Assembly (NCBI GenBank): GCA_964442705.1
Contig: CAYUAQ010000002.1
Span: 5,959 to 69,958 of the forward strand
DNA: 64,000 nt
Reading direction: 5' to 3'
DNA from: an uncultured Desulfobacteraceae bacterium
GTDB lineage: Bacteria; Desulfobacterota; Desulfobacteria; Desulfobacterales; JALSRD01
Under the pieces are notes generated by a model. It saw only the letters and a program-made list of their open reading frames with translations, made no database searches and had not been told where the DNA came from. Shown piece after piece: positions 43,855 through 51,675 of the stretch. The translations under genes were made by a program, and so were the position numbers. Numbering within the stretch: position 1 is the first letter of the stretch; each line of letters opens with the position of its first letter.

Positions 43855-45195
43855 TTAAAGGTGGTAGGCGTACTCGTTGAACTCCCAGTCGGTGACGGCG
43901 GTGCGGAAGCGCTCCACCTCGTGCTCCTTGAGCGCCACGAAGGCCTGCACCAGTTCCGGCCCCAGGGCCTCGCACAGGACCTTGTCGGCCTTGAAATCCG
44001 CCAGGGCGTCCTGCAACCAGAAGGTGACGGTCTCCAGGGTGCCGGGTTCGGCCCCGTAGACATCGTCCGGAGCCGGCTCGCCAGGCTCGATCTTGTTCTC
44101 GATGCCGTCCAGGCCGGCCGCCAGCACCGCCGCCAGCACCAGGTAGGGGTTGGCCGAGGCGCAGGGGCCGCGGTTTTCCACCCGCGTGGCCGATCCGCGC
44201 TCGTCGGGCACCCGGCAGTAGACGGTGCGGTTGTCCCAGCCCCAGGCGAGGTAGAAGGGGCAGAAGGCCCCCAGCACGAAGCGCCGGTAGGAGTTGATGG
44301 TGGGCGCCAGGATGGCGGACATCCCCTTGGCGTGTGCCATCTGGCCGCCCAGGAAGTACCGCAGCAGATCGGACACGCCGTGGTCGCCGGACGGGTCGTC
44401 GAAGAGGTTGCGGCCCGAGTCGGGGTCGAACAGCGAGGCGTGGATGTGGTAGCCGCTGCCGCCGTTGTCGCCCTTGGGCCGTCCCATGAAGGTCAGCAGC
44501 AGGTCGTGCATGGCGGCCACCTCCTTGGACACGTACTTGAAGGTGAAGGTCTGGTCCGCCATTTTCAGGGCGCTGTCGTACTTCCAGTTGATCTCGAACT
44601 GCCCGGGGAAAAATTCGTGGTTGAGGTAGATGATGTCCAGCCCCAGTTCGATGAACAGGTTCTGGAACTCGCGCAGCAGGCCCTTGGGGTCGACCACCGG
44701 GTTGACCTGGTAGACGCAGGAGGGGCTGGCGTTGTATGGCTGCCCGTCGGCATCGCCGCCCTGGTGGAAGAGGAAAAACTCCAGCTCCGAGGCCACCATG
44801 GGTTTGAGGTTCAGGTCTTCGTAGCGCTGGATGATGCGCTGCAGGACGTTGCGCGGGTCAACCCCCAGGGGTTTGCCGTCGGGCCCGTAGGCGTTACCGA
44901 TGAAACGCGCCGTGCCCTCCATGTAAGGCAGCACGGCGAAGGTGTCCGGGTCGGGCTTGATGGTCATGTCGCGCCACTGGATTTCATCTCCCAAGCCGGT
45001 GCCCATGGCCACATCGTTGGCGAAATCGACGGCATAGGTGGCCGTCACGTGGTTGCAGCCCTCCTCCAGCACTTGCTCCAGGCGCCGCGCCGGCACCAGC
45101 TTGCTGCGGCAGATGCCGTACAGATCCGGGAAGTCGATGCGCAGCGAATCGATGTTGGCGGCCTCTATCTGGGCCTTGATTTCCTGTAAGTCCAC
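43855..45195 (-). CDS. glutamine-synthetase-family ligase (GmaS/GlnT/PuuA-like gamma-glutamyl-amine synthetase candidate)
   Basis: 446 aa, GTG start with a GGAAGGGGG RBS. GS motifs SELEFFLF, NHEFFPGQFEINW, GSGYHIHASL, PTINSYRR, RVENRGPCASANPYL. First gene of the BMC operon. Confidence 0.85.
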   Translation of the reverse strand: MDLQEIKAQIEAANIDSLRIDFPDLYGICRSKLVPARRLEQVLEEGCNHVTATYAVDFANDVAMGTGLGDEIQWRDMTIKPDPDTFAVLPYMEGTARFIGNAYGPDGKPLGVDPRNVLQRIIQRYEDLNLKPMVASELEFFLFHQGGDADGQPYNASPSCVYQVNPVVDPKGLLREFQNLFIELGLDIIYLNHEFFPGQFEINWKYDSALKMADQTFTFKYVSKEVAAMHDLLLTFMGRPKGDNGGSGYHIHASLFDPDSGRNLFDDPSGDHGVSDLLRYFLGGQMAHAKGMSAILAPTINSYRRFVLGAFCPFYLAWGWDNRTVYCRVPDERGSATRVENRGPCASANPYLVLAAVLAAGLDGIENKIEPGEPAPDDVYGAEPGTLETVTFWLQDALADFKADKVLCEALGPELVQAFVALKEHEVERFRTAVTDWEFNEYAYHL

Positions 45196-45258
45196 GTTGC
45201 CCCCTTCCTTTAGTCAGGATTGAAACACACCGTTTATATAATGTTTTCAAATAATAAC

Positions 45259-45281
45259 ATGAAATGTAACTTAAATTTCAT
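45259..45281. promoter_or_regulatory. inverted repeat (ATGAAAT-N9-ATTTCAT) in the BMC operon leader, candidate operator
   Basis: Perfect 7-bp arms in the AT-rich 250-nt region upstream of the GS-like gene, just downstream of the candidate -10 box. Confidence 0.3.
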
Positions 45282-45296
45282 TTTTAACTATGGATT

Positions 45297-45325
45297 GTAA
45301 TAAACGATACAAAAGAGCATGTCAA
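45297..45325 (-). promoter_or_regulatory. candidate sigma-70-type promoter of the BMC super-operon
   Basis: Minus strand: TTGACA (45325-45320), 17 nt, TATTAC (45302-45297). About 100 nt upstream of the GTG start. Confidence 0.4.
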
Positions 45326-45446
45326 GCCTGTCTTTGAAAAAATTAGGGGATTCGGCGGCGAAAGACCCAGCCGTTACGAGGGGACTTCGTGCTTTTCAGG
45401 GAAAAGGGTTGTGAACGGTACAACCTGAAGCGCCCGGTTTCACCGG

Positions 45447-45890
45447 CTATCTCTCCAGATGGATGCAGTGGGCCAGGCAGACGTTGTCGGCGCAGGCCGG
45501 CAGCAGCCCCCGGTCGATGCGGTGATGGCAGAGGTTGCATTTCCAGGCAACCCCGGCCTCGTCATCCAGACCGATGGCATCGTAGGGGCAGGCCTCCAGG
45601 CAGGCGCCGCAGCCCGTGCACTGGTCGCGGTCCAGGATCACGATGCCGTCGGACCGGACCGTGATGGCCTCCACCGGGCAGGCGTCGGCGCAGGGGGGAT
45701 CTTCACAGTGCCGGCAGACGGTGACGCCGAAGATCACCTGCATGCGGCCGTCGATTTCGCGGGGAGCGTCTTCGTGAATGCGAATGAGCTTTACCCCGGT
45801 CGGCGCCCGGTTCTCCTGCTTGCAGGCCACCTCGCAGGTCTTGCACCCCCAGCAATAGAACGCCTCGATGAACAGAGACGGTTTTTGCAT
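45447..45890 (-). CDS. 4x[4Fe-4S] ferredoxin-like beta subunit of a molybdo/tungstopterin oxidoreductase
   Basis: Start at MQKPSLFIEAF (45890; start and upstream stop share one nt). Motifs CWGCKTCEVAC, CRHCEDPPCADACP, CTGCGACLEACP, CNLCHHR...C. Confidence 0.85.
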   Translation of the reverse strand: MQKPSLFIEAFYCWGCKTCEVACKQENRAPTGVKLIRIHEDAPREIDGRMQVIFGVTVCRHCEDPPCADACPVEAITVRSDGIVILDRDQCTGCGACLEACPYDAIGLDDEAGVAWKCNLCHHRIDRGLLPACADNVCLAHCIHLER

Positions 45891-48049
45891 CACGATGCCC
45901 CCTTTCCGGGTTCCGGTGCAATGCGGCACAGCAGTGTGCGCACGCTGGTGGCCCCCATGGCCGGGTCGCAGCTGTCATAGGCGTTGTCGGTGAGCAGGTT
46001 GATGTTGGACTCCGCCCACCCGTGGCCCGGATCTCTCTTCTCCGGAAACCACCAGGCGTGCTGCGCGGAGACGATGCGCGGGTCCATGCCGGCGAAAAGC
46101 CGCGCCCGCTGTCGCACCCGGCCCCGCGGCGATTCGATGGCCACCCAGTCCCCCTCGCGGATGCCCTCCCGCCGGGCGGTTTCCGGGTGGATCTGGACTT
46201 CCGGGTCGGGGTGCAGCTCGCGCAGCCAGGGTACCTGCCGGTTCTCGGTGTGAAAGAACCCGGGCTGGCGTGCACCGGTGATCAGGATGTAGGGGTAGTC
46301 TTTAAAGAGCTCCGGCGTGCTGACCGGGCTCTCGGGCGGTTCGCGATAGGTGGGCAGCGGATCGCAGCCCCACTTTTCCAGCATCGTGGAGTACAGCTCG
46401 AATTTGCCGGTGGGGGTGGAAAAGCCGCGGGTCTTGTACTTCTGGTATTCGATCTCCCCGCGCACGTAGTCCATTTGCTTGAACTCCTGCCAGGTGATGC
46501 CCATAGGTTCCAGGATCCAGTCCAGGGCCTGTTCGAAGTCGTCCCACCAGTGCTCTCCCTGCCCCACCCGGTGGGCCAGGTCGTTTAGCATCTCGTGGTC
46601 CGAGCGGCACTCGCCCACTTCGATGACCTTGCGGCGCGGCAGCAGGTAGCCGTGCCGCTTCCAGAAGTCCCCGATGTAGTCCATCTCCAACCAGGTGGCG
46701 GCCGGCAGTACGATGTCGGCCATCTCGGCCGTGGGCGTGATGAAAAAGTCGCTCACCGCCATGAAGTCCACCCGCTCCAGGGCCCGGTAGACCTCGCGAG
46801 CGTTGGCGCGCGTGAGCAGTGGGTTGGAGCTGATGAAAAACAGCATTTTGACGGGATAGGGCTCTTCTTTCAGGATGGCGTCCCACACGCACTTGGGGTT
46901 GATGATGGCAAAATTGCCGGCCAGCCGGAAACGGTCCCCGCCCAGACGCTTGCGGCGCTGGTTTGCGGGCAGGTCCCTGTGCGCGCCGAACTGCCCCACG
47001 TTGCGGATCCTGGGGGTGCGGAAGAGCACCTGACCGCCGGGGACGTCGATGTTGCCGGTGAGGCCCATCAGAAACATCAGCAGGCGGTCGTTGTCGGCGC
47101 AGTTGACCTGCTGCTCGATGGCCACGCCCCACTGGATAGCCGCCGGCTTGGTGGCGGCGAAGAGCCGCGCCGCCTGCCGGATCTTCTCGGCCGGCACCCA
47201 GGTGATCTCTTCCACCTTCTCCGGCGGATACGCTTGCACCCGCCGGCAGAAAGGCTCCCAGCCGTGCACGTGGTTCTCGACGAACGCACGGTCATAAAGC
47301 TTTTCGGTCACGATCACGTGCAGCATGCCGTAGGCCAGGGCGGCGTCAGTGCCGGGGCGCAGGGGCAACCAGATGTCGGCCCGCGAGGCGATGCGCGTCA
47401 GCCGCGGGTCCACCGCGATGAGCTTGGCGCCCCGGTTCAGGCTCACCGAGAAGGGTTCGCCCTTGTAGCAGTCCGGGTTGCTGATCACCAGGTTGTTGCC
47501 CCACACCATGATGCAGCGCGGGTGGTTCTCGTAGTCCACGATGGGGTTGGTGCCGCAGGTGAGGATGCTGGTGGCGATGCGCGGCCCGTAGCAGAAGTGG
47601 CCGGCCGTGAGCACGTTGGGGGTCCCCAGGTAGTTGGCGAAGCGGTAGATGACGGCCTCGTTCTCGCGGCCGGTGCCGTACCCCATGACGATGGATTCGG
47701 CGCCGAAGTCGGCCTTGTAGCGCAGCATGCGCTCGGCGATGGTGTCCAGGGCCTGATCCCAGCTGATGCGCTCCCAGCGGCCGCTGCCCTTGGGGCCGAT
47801 GCGCCGCACCGGGTGGGTCAGCCGGTCCGGGTGGTAGGCCAGCTGGGCCGAGGCCAGCCCCTTGCTGCACAGGGTGCCGTGGTTGATGGGACAGTCCGGG
47901 TCGCCGGCGATCTTCTCCACCCGTCCCTTGCGGGTGTAGACCAGTATGCCGCACCCGCCGTGGCACATCCTGCAGTGACTCCTGACAACGGAATCATAGC
48001 CGTAGGCCTTCATTTCCCCGGCAATGTTGGAATACGCGAAGTCAGTCAT
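45890..48049 (-). CDS. molybdopterin/tungstopterin oxidoreductase catalytic subunit (DMSO-reductase superfamily), cytoplasmic
   Basis: N-terminal [4Fe-4S] motif HCRMCHGGCG...C. Typical MopB body and C-terminal barrel. No twin-arginine signal and no in-frame TGA. Start taken at MTDFAYSN (48049, AGAAGGAAAA RBS); the ORF extends to 48082. Confidence 0.85.
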   Translation of the reverse strand: MTDFAYSNIAGEMKAYGYDSVVRSHCRMCHGGCGILVYTRKGRVEKIAGDPDCPINHGTLCSKGLASAQLAYHPDRLTHPVRRIGPKGSGRWERISWDQALDTIAERMLRYKADFGAESIVMGYGTGRENEAVIYRFANYLGTPNVLTAGHFCYGPRIATSILTCGTNPIVDYENHPRCIMVWGNNLVISNPDCYKGEPFSVSLNRGAKLIAVDPRLTRIASRADIWLPLRPGTDAALAYGMLHVIVTEKLYDRAFVENHVHGWEPFCRRVQAYPPEKVEEITWVPAEKIRQAARLFAATKPAAIQWGVAIEQQVNCADNDRLLMFLMGLTGNIDVPGGQVLFRTPRIRNVGQFGAHRDLPANQRRKRLGGDRFRLAGNFAIINPKCVWDAILKEEPYPVKMLFFISSNPLLTRANAREVYRALERVDFMAVSDFFITPTAEMADIVLPAATWLEMDYIGDFWKRHGYLLPRRKVIEVGECRSDHEMLNDLAHRVGQGEHWWDDFEQALDWILEPMGITWQEFKQMDYVRGEIEYQKYKTRGFSTPTGKFELYSTMLEKWGCDPLPTYREPPESPVSTPELFKDYPYILITGARQPGFFHTENRQVPWLRELHPDPEVQIHPETARREGIREGDWVAIESPRGRVRQRARLFAGMDPRIVSAQHAWWFPEKRDPGHGWAESNINLLTDNAYDSCDPAMGATSVRTLLCRIAPEPGKGAS

Positions 48050-48068
48050 TCTGTATTTTCCTTCTTGC

Positions 48069-48887
48069 TTAAAGCTCTTCAAACCAATCGATCTGCGCGC
48101 CTAGCCTCACGGAAATTTTCCTGGCGACGCGCGCCACATTGCGGCCATGTTTCGGCATCATGGTATCGGGAAAAGTGCCAATGACGATCAAGCAGCCCAC
48201 CATTCTGTCCCCGGCGCCAAAAACAGGAGCGCTCACGGCGTTAATCCCGGGCTGCAATCCCCCCTTGTCCTGGGCAAAACCGAATCTTCGGCACTCGGCA
48301 AGTTCTTCTTCCAGAAGTCTTTCATCCATAGCCGACGGATCGCCAAAAAAATAAAGCTTGTCTCTGCCCAGGATTCTTTTTCGATCATTTTCAGGCATAA
48401 AGGCCACAATAGCCTTTCCGTGGGCACCGGAGGTGATATGGAATCTGTGGCCTATCCGAATGGTGACGCCGACGGTCAGGTCGGCTTCATGCTTGGCGAC
48501 AATAAAGACCTGTTCGGCGCTGATCCAACCAAAAAGGGCCGTGCTGGAAGTAGCATCCGAAAGGTCTGCGAGAAAAGGCGATACGATTTGCTTCAGATCA
48601 AGATTATCCAGAACGTTGCGGGCCAGAAATACAAGGCCTACTCCCAGGGAGTAAGTTTTCGTCCGGAGGTCTTTTTCGACAAAACCAAATTGCCCCAATG
48701 TATTTAGAATGGAATAGCCCTTGCTCTTATGAATGCCCACCTGCTCGCAAATTTGCGTAAGGGTCAATCTGGCGTTGGGACTTCTTGCCAAGCAGACGAG
48801 GATCCTCGACGCCTGCTCCACAGCAGGAACCAGGGGTTTGTAGGCGGACCTGGCTTCGTGGGGATTCTCAGGGTTTCGGTTGTTCAT
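48069..48887 (-). CDS. IclR-family transcriptional regulator
   Basis: 272 aa. wHTH LTLTQICEQVGIHKSKGYSILNTL plus an IclR effector domain (GHRFHITSGAHGKAIVAF). Confidence 0.88.
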   Translation of the reverse strand: MNNRNPENPHEARSAYKPLVPAVEQASRILVCLARSPNARLTLTQICEQVGIHKSKGYSILNTLGQFGFVEKDLRTKTYSLGVGLVFLARNVLDNLDLKQIVSPFLADLSDATSSTALFGWISAEQVFIVAKHEADLTVGVTIRIGHRFHITSGAHGKAIVAFMPENDRKRILGRDKLYFFGDPSAMDERLLEEELAECRRFGFAQDKGGLQPGINAVSAPVFGAGDRMVGCLIVIGTFPDTMMPKHGRNVARVARKISVRLGAQIDWFEEL

Positions 48888-48936
48888 CTTTGTTCAATCA
48901 AATCCTCGATTGTAAAGTTCTATTCACAGAACTTTT

Positions 48937-48950
48937 TTCTATATATAGAA
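48937..48950. promoter_or_regulatory. 14-bp perfect palindrome TTCTATATATAGAA, candidate IclR operator/promoter element
   Basis: 50-63 nt upstream of the IclR start. An adjacent inverted repeat AGTTCT-N6-AGAACT lies at 48916-48933. Confidence 0.3.
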
Positions 48951-49266
48951 ATACCGGGTTGCAATTGTCAAGGAAAATGTTACCGGCGACATAATCGACG
49001 GCCTGTTCCGGGGCCGTTCTGGAATCTCGCGCAACGCGCTTGCCAGGTTTGCGCGGTTGAGTAAAGCCTCAAGAGAACGTGAACGGTTTCGGGAAGTTCG
49101 CTGGGCGGCGGTTATGCAGCGGTTTAGTTTAATGGTTCAAGTTGGTTTTTAAAGCGGCGCACCGATGGTAGCAGGAGAAACGACGTCACCAACAGAAACC
49201 CTTATCCGCAGTGCTGCCATTAACTTGCTGCCGATGAGGGGGTATCCGAACACCCGTTCCGGCGGA

Positions 49267-50706
49267 TCAATCCTTGTCGAGGTCGGCGACTACGCACAGT
49301 GCGGAGGCGCCCTGATAGGGACGGACGTCCTGCACCTTCGTCACCTCGGAAGGTCCCGGCGCAGCGGCACCGGGCACACGAAAGCGCTTGACGTCGATAC
49401 GTTCGATGGGCTTTCCAACGGGGGCATCCAATTGCGGCACCCACTCGTAGGGCACACGGTAGGCACGGTAAACCATGTTGATGTTCATCAGTTTCCCCCA
49501 ATAGGGGCTGATGTATTCCCACACCAGGTCATGATCCGGTGTGACTTCGATGATCCGCCCGCCGGAGCCCTCCACGATTAGCGTATTGCCATTGGGCAAC
49601 CGCTGGGCAGAGCTGATGAAGGGGCTGTAGAAGCGGTTGGCGTCCACCGGCATCAGGTAGCCGGCTTCAACGGGGGTGTACTGCCAGACAATCTTCAATG
49701 TCGTGGGGTCGAGTTCGAGGACCCTTGAATAGTCGCGCAGAGCGTTCTTGATGCCGGTGGGCGCACCCGGATTGGGTGATCCATAACCGGCCCAGCCGCC
49801 GTTGTCGAAGACGAGAATATTGCCCTCCCCCGGCAGCCCCTTGGGTATCATATGGACATGGTGTTGGCCGATGATCCAACCGAGTCGCTTTTCTTCAGGA
49901 GAAGTGTCGTAGTAAGGCCCCAGGCGCCAAACAATCCGCCCGGAACGCTTGTCGATGATGGCCATGATGTTGGTTTCGCGCCCGGACCAAATGATGTTGT
50001 CGGGGTGAAACCGCTCGTCACCGGCATCGTACCATTTGTTGGGCCCCAGCAGGGATATGGAATTGATGTGCATCCAGTCGCCCATACCGCCCCCGGTGGG
50101 GCGGAAATTGGGATCACGGCATAAAATATTGCGTGCGTCCTCACGGAATCCCATCTCCTGAAAGTGTTCGTTGCACACCCATTCCCATATAATTTCCCCA
50201 TCCCAGTTGACTTCGATGATGACATCGTCGAGCAGGCGTTTGCCGCTGATTTCGGGATTGAGCACGTTTTGGTGGCACAAGATAATCGTGTTGCCGCGGT
50301 TGGTCAGAGGATCCATGCCCGGCACGAAATAACCCACCGGATTGCCTTCGCGCTGGTAATCATGATGGGCCCGCGCCATCCATTGAGGCTCCTCTCCCGG
50401 ATCTTCCACGTATTCGTATTCATTAAACTTCCAAACGACGTTGCCCTCCCAGTCCACCTGAATGACATCCACGTGATCCTGCATGCCGAAGGCGTGGTTG
50501 CGTTCACCACTGCTGCCCATTACATAGCCGCCGGGCAGCAGTTTGTTGGGAAAGCCGTGCAGCCCCTGCCACAGCTTGACCTCTGAACCGTTCATATCGA
50601 TGAGCAGCGCTCCCAGCTCCCGCGCCTGAAACAGGGTGTAGCCGTTCCAGCACCTGTCAGGGTCGTATAGCGTGGCACCGGTAGGATAGATGCTGGGATA
50701 TGTCAT
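49267..50706 (-). CDS. arylsulfotransferase (ASST)-family beta-propeller-like protein, no signal peptide
   Basis: 479 aa. Recurrent W/H-rich blade motifs (VVWKF, IIWEW, IVWRLGP, IVWQY, LVWEY; HHDYQ, QHHVHMIP) as in ASST-type propellers. The N-terminus MTYPSIYPTG is not secretory. Confidence 0.6.
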   Translation of the reverse strand: MTYPSIYPTGATLYDPDRCWNGYTLFQARELGALLIDMNGSEVKLWQGLHGFPNKLLPGGYVMGSSGERNHAFGMQDHVDVIQVDWEGNVVWKFNEYEYVEDPGEEPQWMARAHHDYQREGNPVGYFVPGMDPLTNRGNTIILCHQNVLNPEISGKRLLDDVIIEVNWDGEIIWEWVCNEHFQEMGFREDARNILCRDPNFRPTGGGMGDWMHINSISLLGPNKWYDAGDERFHPDNIIWSGRETNIMAIIDKRSGRIVWRLGPYYDTSPEEKRLGWIIGQHHVHMIPKGLPGEGNILVFDNGGWAGYGSPNPGAPTGIKNALRDYSRVLELDPTTLKIVWQYTPVEAGYLMPVDANRFYSPFISSAQRLPNGNTLIVEGSGGRIIEVTPDHDLVWEYISPYWGKLMNINMVYRAYRVPYEWVPQLDAPVGKPIERIDVKRFRVPGAAAPGPSEVTKVQDVRPYQGASALCVVADLDKD

Positions 50707-50781
50707 GGCGGACCTCCTGTCGAAATATGATGAACCCGCGAAACCCCCGATTTTTCCGGGCAGGCCTGATAAAAACGGGAG

Positions 50782-51618
50782 CTAGGCTTTTTCGATTTCG
50801 GTTTTAACCTGGTAACGTCGGGCACGGGTGCGGTAGGCGAAAAGCCGGGGCGCCGGCAACGATGGCCCCTTCCCTGCCATAGGGTCTGCGTCGCTTCGAT
50901 CTTCAAATTTAATGACATAGGGATGCGTCTTGCGGCCGGTCGCCCGGGCCAGCCAGGCAGCGGCCCCGCCGACTTCTTCAGGTGTAAGATATGACCGGCT
51001 CCCATTTTCCCCTGCAATCTGCGCAATGGGGGTTTCGACGCGGTATTCATCCAGGCCGGTCAGGAGCGTCATGGTTTCTTCCACCTGCCGCGTGTCGATT
51101 TCCCGCTCCAGGATGCGTGCATAAAGATCCTGCGGTCCCAGCAGGCTCAGGACCGCCCGATCCACCAGGCGCTCGTGGATCAGTTTTTTCAGCTGGTCCG
51201 GGTGGCGGCCATCGGTCTGCACCACCAAAGTCAGGCCGTTTTTTTTCATAAATCTCAACACAGGCAACAGCTCTTCAAAAGCGCTCTGGTCCCCCCGGGA
51301 AAGGTGGATGCCCTGCACCCACCAATCTCGCGAAGCGTCCTCCTGCACAAATCCCGCCAGAGCATCACCGCCCTGAATCCACGCCAGCACGGATCCGACC
51401 CCCTGGATGACCCGGCCTTCGGAAAAACAGATGGGAAAAGAAATACCATCCGGCCCGCGCAGGAGGGATCGGTGGTGCCGGCGATAAAACTGCTGAAAGC
51501 GTTTTTTGCCCCCTGCTTTAATGTCTTGCTCCTCATGGGAAATGCCCCGTTCCTCCATGAATTTCTTGACAATTTTGCAACGGGCACATCCTGTAGCGGT
51601 AAACAGCGTTATCGCCAT
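50782..51618 (-). CDS. glutaredoxin-like domain fused to a radical-SAM-activase-like C-terminal region lacking the CxxxCxxC motif
   Basis: 278 aa. N-terminus ITLFTATGCARCKIVKKFMEERGI (CxxC thioredoxin fold). The remainder (LPVLRFMKKNGLTLVVQTDG...VLSLLGP...) resembles the barrel half of activating enzymes. Confidence 0.5.
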   Translation of the reverse strand: MAITLFTATGCARCKIVKKFMEERGISHEEQDIKAGGKKRFQQFYRRHHRSLLRGPDGISFPICFSEGRVIQGVGSVLAWIQGGDALAGFVQEDASRDWWVQGIHLSRGDQSAFEELLPVLRFMKKNGLTLVVQTDGRHPDQLKKLIHERLVDRAVLSLLGPQDLYARILEREIDTRQVEETMTLLTGLDEYRVETPIAQIAGENGSRSYLTPEEVGGAAAWLARATGRKTHPYVIKFEDRSDADPMAGKGPSLPAPRLFAYRTRARRYQVKTEIEKA

Positions 51619-51675
51619 GGCGCTGTCGTCCTTTCATTAAACCGGTATAGGTGCGTCACCAAGATAGCGCACGTA

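Noticed and set aside
40890-45195. Calling these four genes outright gmaS and mgsABC
   Set aside because: Architecture matches, but without phylogeny I cannot separate them from glnT/glxBCD-type or archaeal-type GS/GOGAT sets. Gene symbols are left empty and the assignment is kept as a hypothesis.
45890-48082. Possible selenocysteine (in-frame TGA) or Tat signal in the molybdopterin oxidoreductase
   Set aside because: The ORF is uninterrupted with no internal TGA. The N-terminus has no RR-x-F-L-K-type motif, so it is treated as a Cys/other-ligand cytoplasmic enzyme.
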